Origin: Lama glama
Lineage: Eukaryota
Assembly (NCBI GenBank): GCA_028534125.1
Contig: CM052817.1
Location: forward strand, 98,830,001 to 98,894,000
DNA length: 64,000 nt
Reading direction: 5' to 3'
The notes under the pieces are model-generated. The model saw only the letters and a list, made by a program, of their open reading frames with translations. It searched no databases and was not told where the DNA came from. The translations under genes and the position numbers were made by a program. Shown here piece after piece: positions 60,400 through 64,000 of the stretch (position 1 is its first letter; every line of letters begins with the position of its first letter).

Positions 60400-61395
60400 A
60401 ATGCAATACAGACCTTTTCTCAAATATTTTTCACAGAATTCCACACAGCAATCTACTAGAAAAGTAGAATTATACAACACCAAAATAACATTTTCTTAGT
60501 ACAAATTGCTAATCAAAAGGAAGGTGAAGATTGTAAAACAAGTGTTGCTCAATATAGCACACGGGAGCCTCAGTTCTGGGACCCGGGGCGGGGGGAGCCC
60601 CAGCAAGGGCGCAGGCACGGCCGGCCCTCGGGGGGGAGCTTTGGTACTTACATTTACTTTAAAAGAAAGAAAAACAAAGGTTGTGAGCCCCAGAGCATTT
60701 CCATCATTTCACATTTTGGTGTGCTAAGAAGAGGACAGATGAGGAAAACACTGTAAATATTTCACACTTGCTACAACAGTAGATCCTTTATGTTACCCAC
60801 ACAGAAAAATAAAATAGCCTCCCCCAAACCGTAATGTTCTAGGTCTAAGACATGCTTGAAGAATAATATTGACAGAAATAATTTGAGATGTTTTAAATTA
60901 CATTTACCATAATTTAAACATTACTATTTAAATCCCAGAAATTTCACTGCTGCAGAAGCACAATTGTCTGGAAAAATACAGGAGCCAAAGTACAGCATAA
61001 CATTCCCTCATCCCAGTGTCATAACCCAGGTCCCTACTGTTACGATCATACATTTCTCGAGAGTGCAGGTAAATGGGAAGTGTTTTTTTCCATAATATAA
61101 CTAAAATAAGTGGGTTTACTTGCCCACTGTATATTTCCATAATTGGTGAAAATAGACTTCTTGTTATGACTAAAAATATAGATTTTTTTTAAAACTACAG
61201 AACCCAGCAGCCAGTTTTCTGCTTTGCCATCCCCCCCAAAAAAGTCAAGCAAAGTCTACAAAAATAGCAATTAACTTTAAAAATATTTTGCTTCTTAGAG
61301 CAAATTTAAGTTACATTCAGGTGTGATAGCTGTTTGAGGCTCGGGGTGCGCCCCCTGCCTGGGGGGGGGGCGAGGCTGAGGCACAGCCGCCTCCC

Positions 61396-61486
61396 TCAGT
61401 AGCGGGTTTGGTACTCGTGGTGCCACCGGTTAAAGTCGTTGTAGAACAGGACGATGCTTCCCGAGGCCATGCCAGAAATGATGCAC
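61396..61486 (-). CDS. LRBA: LRBA (LPS-responsive beige-like anchor, BEACH/WD40 protein) terminal coding exon
   Basis: Minus strand ccttctctgtgtccccag|G TGC ATC...TAC TGA encodes (R)[33 protein letters not shown]2 and LRBA are known tail-to-tail neighbours in mammals. Absent from the ORF track. Confidence 0.95.
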
Positions 61487-62209
61487 CTGGGGACACAGAG
61501 AAGGAGCGGTTCGCAGCCTGTTCATTTCCGAGGGACTAAAGAAAGAACTGCCCTCCCAAATCCACAAGGTGAATACAGAAGATGGCAGCCAAAACTACGA
61601 TTTGTGAGAACCAAGGTATGTTTTTCGATGACTAAAATGCAGTCTTGAGTAAGCTGAGTCGCTCCTCTGACACAGCACAACAATCCAGCTCACAGCTTGC
61701 CTTTATACCGCCGGTACAGCCAGTACGTTCAGGATGGGTCACTAACACCTGAACAGGCTACATAACTCTGGGGGGGCAGGGGGTGCTGCTGAGTCCAGAT
61801 CTGAATCTGGTATCACAATCTATCTGTTGGTGGAGGAAGCGGCACACGATCAAGTGACAGAATCTCTCTGATATCAGGAGAGTAAGAAAGCAGAGGGTGG
61901 GCCATAATTTAGGCTGGGCTCTGCTCCACAGAAGAATGTGCTCTGTCCATCATGTGGAGAGTAGGAACTTCAGCCTTATAACACAGTGACTCACTGAAAT
62001 GATCATTATAGATGAGAGCCGCTGCTTGCTTCCCCTGTCCCTGAGCAGGCAGTGCAGGGAGAGAGATGGAGCAGTAAGACAGGAACTTTAGAGGAGCCTC
62101 TCCTGGGGGCAGAAGCCTATATAATCTGAGACCTTTCGCTGTATGGCTTGCTTAGGACAGTCCTTAGATGTCATATTTAGCATCCTTAGTAGTACCTGAT
62201 TATCAAAAT

Positions 62210-64000
62210 TAGGAATGAAAATATGTCACTACAAAAAATCAACTAAACACAAAAGAATGCAGTAATGAAATGAGAAACAAAGTTCTAAGGCATGTAGAAA
62301 GCAAAGCAAATTGTCAAATGGCAAAATACTTTGCTTATCAGTAATTTAAAGGGATTAAACTCTGATCAAAAGGCAAAGAGACTGGCAAAATGAATAAACA
62401 TGATCAGACTATATGCCGTCTACCAGAGACTCAAGGATCTACAGACAAAAACAGGTTAAAGGTGAAAGGATGGAAGGGGATATTCCACACAAATAATGAA
62501 GAGAGCTGGGGTGGCTACCCAAATACTAGACAAAATGGGCTTTAAGTCAAAATATATGACAGGAGACAAATAAGGACACTATACAGTGATAAAAGGGGCA
62601 ATTCATCAAGAAGATACAGCAATTAATTACTAATGTATTACCAAACAGCAGCGGCCCCAAGATACATGGAACCAGCACTGACAGAACTGAAGGGAAAAAC
62701 AAACAGCCCTACAGTAACAGCTGCAGACCTGCATGCCCCACTTTCATTAATGGGCAGAACCACCAGAAAGGACAGCAGGAAACAGAGGAGCTGAACAATC
62801 CTAAAAACCAACCGGACCCGACACACAGATGCACACTCACCCAACAACAGCCGAATAAACAGATTTTTTTTCTCAAATTCACATGGAACATTCTCCTAGA
62901 TAAAGTATTTCTTCTAGTCGCAATAGAATTAAACTAGACATCATAATGGAAAACTTGAAAATGCATAAGTTTGTGGAGATTAACCAATGGGTCAAAAAAA
63001 GAAATCTCAAAGGAAATTACAAAATATCGACTCAAATGAAAACAGACAAGCCAAAACTTCCAAAATGCAGCAAAAACTGGAAAACTTATGGCTATAAACA
63101 CATTTATTAAAAAAAAAAACTTTCACCCAATTCTACACCTTAAAGAACTAGAAAAAAGTATGAACTAAACCCAAACATAACAGAAGGAATGAAATAATGA
63201 AGATTAGAATGGAAACAGAAGCTGGAAAAACAGAGAAAATCAACAAAATCAAAAGCTGGTTTGTTGAAAGGTCAAGAAAATTTTAGACTAAGAAAAAGAC
63301 TCAAATTACTAAAATCATAAAGTGGAGACATTATCACCACCAGTTTTATTACAAATTTATATGCCAATAAATTGGAAAACCTAGATGAAATGGAAAAATT
63401 CTTAGAAACACATATTCCAAAATTTAATCATGGAGAAATAGAAAAATCTGAATAGACTCATAACTAGTAATGAGATTGAGTCAGTAATCAAAAACCTCCC
63501 AACAACAAAAAAAAGCCCTGGACCAGACAGCTTCACTGGTGAATTCTACCAGTCATTTAAAGAAAGGTTAACACCAACTCAAACACTTCTAAAAAACTGA
63601 AGAGAACAGTTCCTGAGTCATTTAATGAGGCCAACATACCCTAACATCAAAGTCAAAGACACTACAAGAAATTAAAGATCAATATTTCTTATGAATAGTG
63701 ATATAAAAACCTTCAACAATACTAGCAAACCAAATTCAGTGGTACATTAGGAGGATCATACACCATGACCAAGTGGGATTTATTCTGGGAACAAAAGGAT
63801 GGTTCAACATACAAAAAAAAAAAAAAATCGATGTAGTATATATATCATACCAAGACAATTAACAACCAAAAAACCCCACATGAACAAAAGGCACTTGACA
63901 AAATTCAACATCTTTTCATGATAAAAACACTCAAACTAAGAGTAGAAGGAAAGTACCTCAACATGATAAAAGGCATTTATGAAAAATTCACAGCTAACAC
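62210..64000 (+). mobile_element. Degraded LINE-1 ORF2 (endonuclease to start of RT) in the last LRBA intron, antisense to LRBA
   Basis: AAAAGCCCTGGACCAGACAGCTTCACTGGTGAATTCTACCAG ([14 protein letters not shown]), CATGACCAAGTGGGATTTATT (HDQVGFI) and GACAAAATTCAACATC. A-rich, with many frameshifts. Continues past the window end. Confidence 0.93.

Noticed and set aside
61349..61372. CGCCCCC...GGGGGCG hairpin just after the LRBA stop codon
   Set aside because: A 7-bp stem that depends on a G homopolymer, easily produced by chance. No SECIS or read-through features seen.
1..64000. CRISPR arrays, tRNA, rRNA or snoRNA genes, nested MAB21L2, or a novel multi-gene system
   Set aside because: None seen. 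The window is explained by two known eukaryotic genes plus repeats. The only tRNA-like sequence is SINE-derived, and no MAB21-like ORF is present.

Overview
Mammalian genomic DNA. A camelid is likely (alpaca, vicuna or camel), based on a Vic-1-like SINE and lineage-type L1 3' ends. The + strand carries the 3' part of DCLK2 (doublecortin-like kinase 2): 14 constitutive coding exons from 2301 to 54661, which I spliced by hand. All have GT-AG boundaries and compatible phases. They encode the end of the second DC domain, the Ser/Pro-rich linker, the whole CaMK-type kinase domain and the C-tail ending ...GTWRRHRD*. A 3' UTR follows, with AATAAA at 55657. The - strand carries the last coding exon and 3' UTR of LRBA (...WHHEYQTRY*), convergent with DCLK2. 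The rest is intronic or intergenic, with L1, MIR, MaLR/ERV LTR and MER relics, microsatellites and a 500-N assembly gap (33304-33803). Most of the supplied ORF track is noise. I see no new multi-gene system. The most interesting signal is splicing architecture absent from the ORF track: a 51-nt cassette exon, a NAGNAG acceptor, a C-terminal switch in the last intron (a 13-nt microexon plus an FDLTV* exon built on a perfect 13-bp tandem duplication) and a candidate (CAT)12-containing poison exon. There is also a CpG island over the last exon with a (CCGA)n repeat. Gene names, exon numbers and repeat families come from recognising the sequence, not from a database search. Repeat boundaries are approximate.
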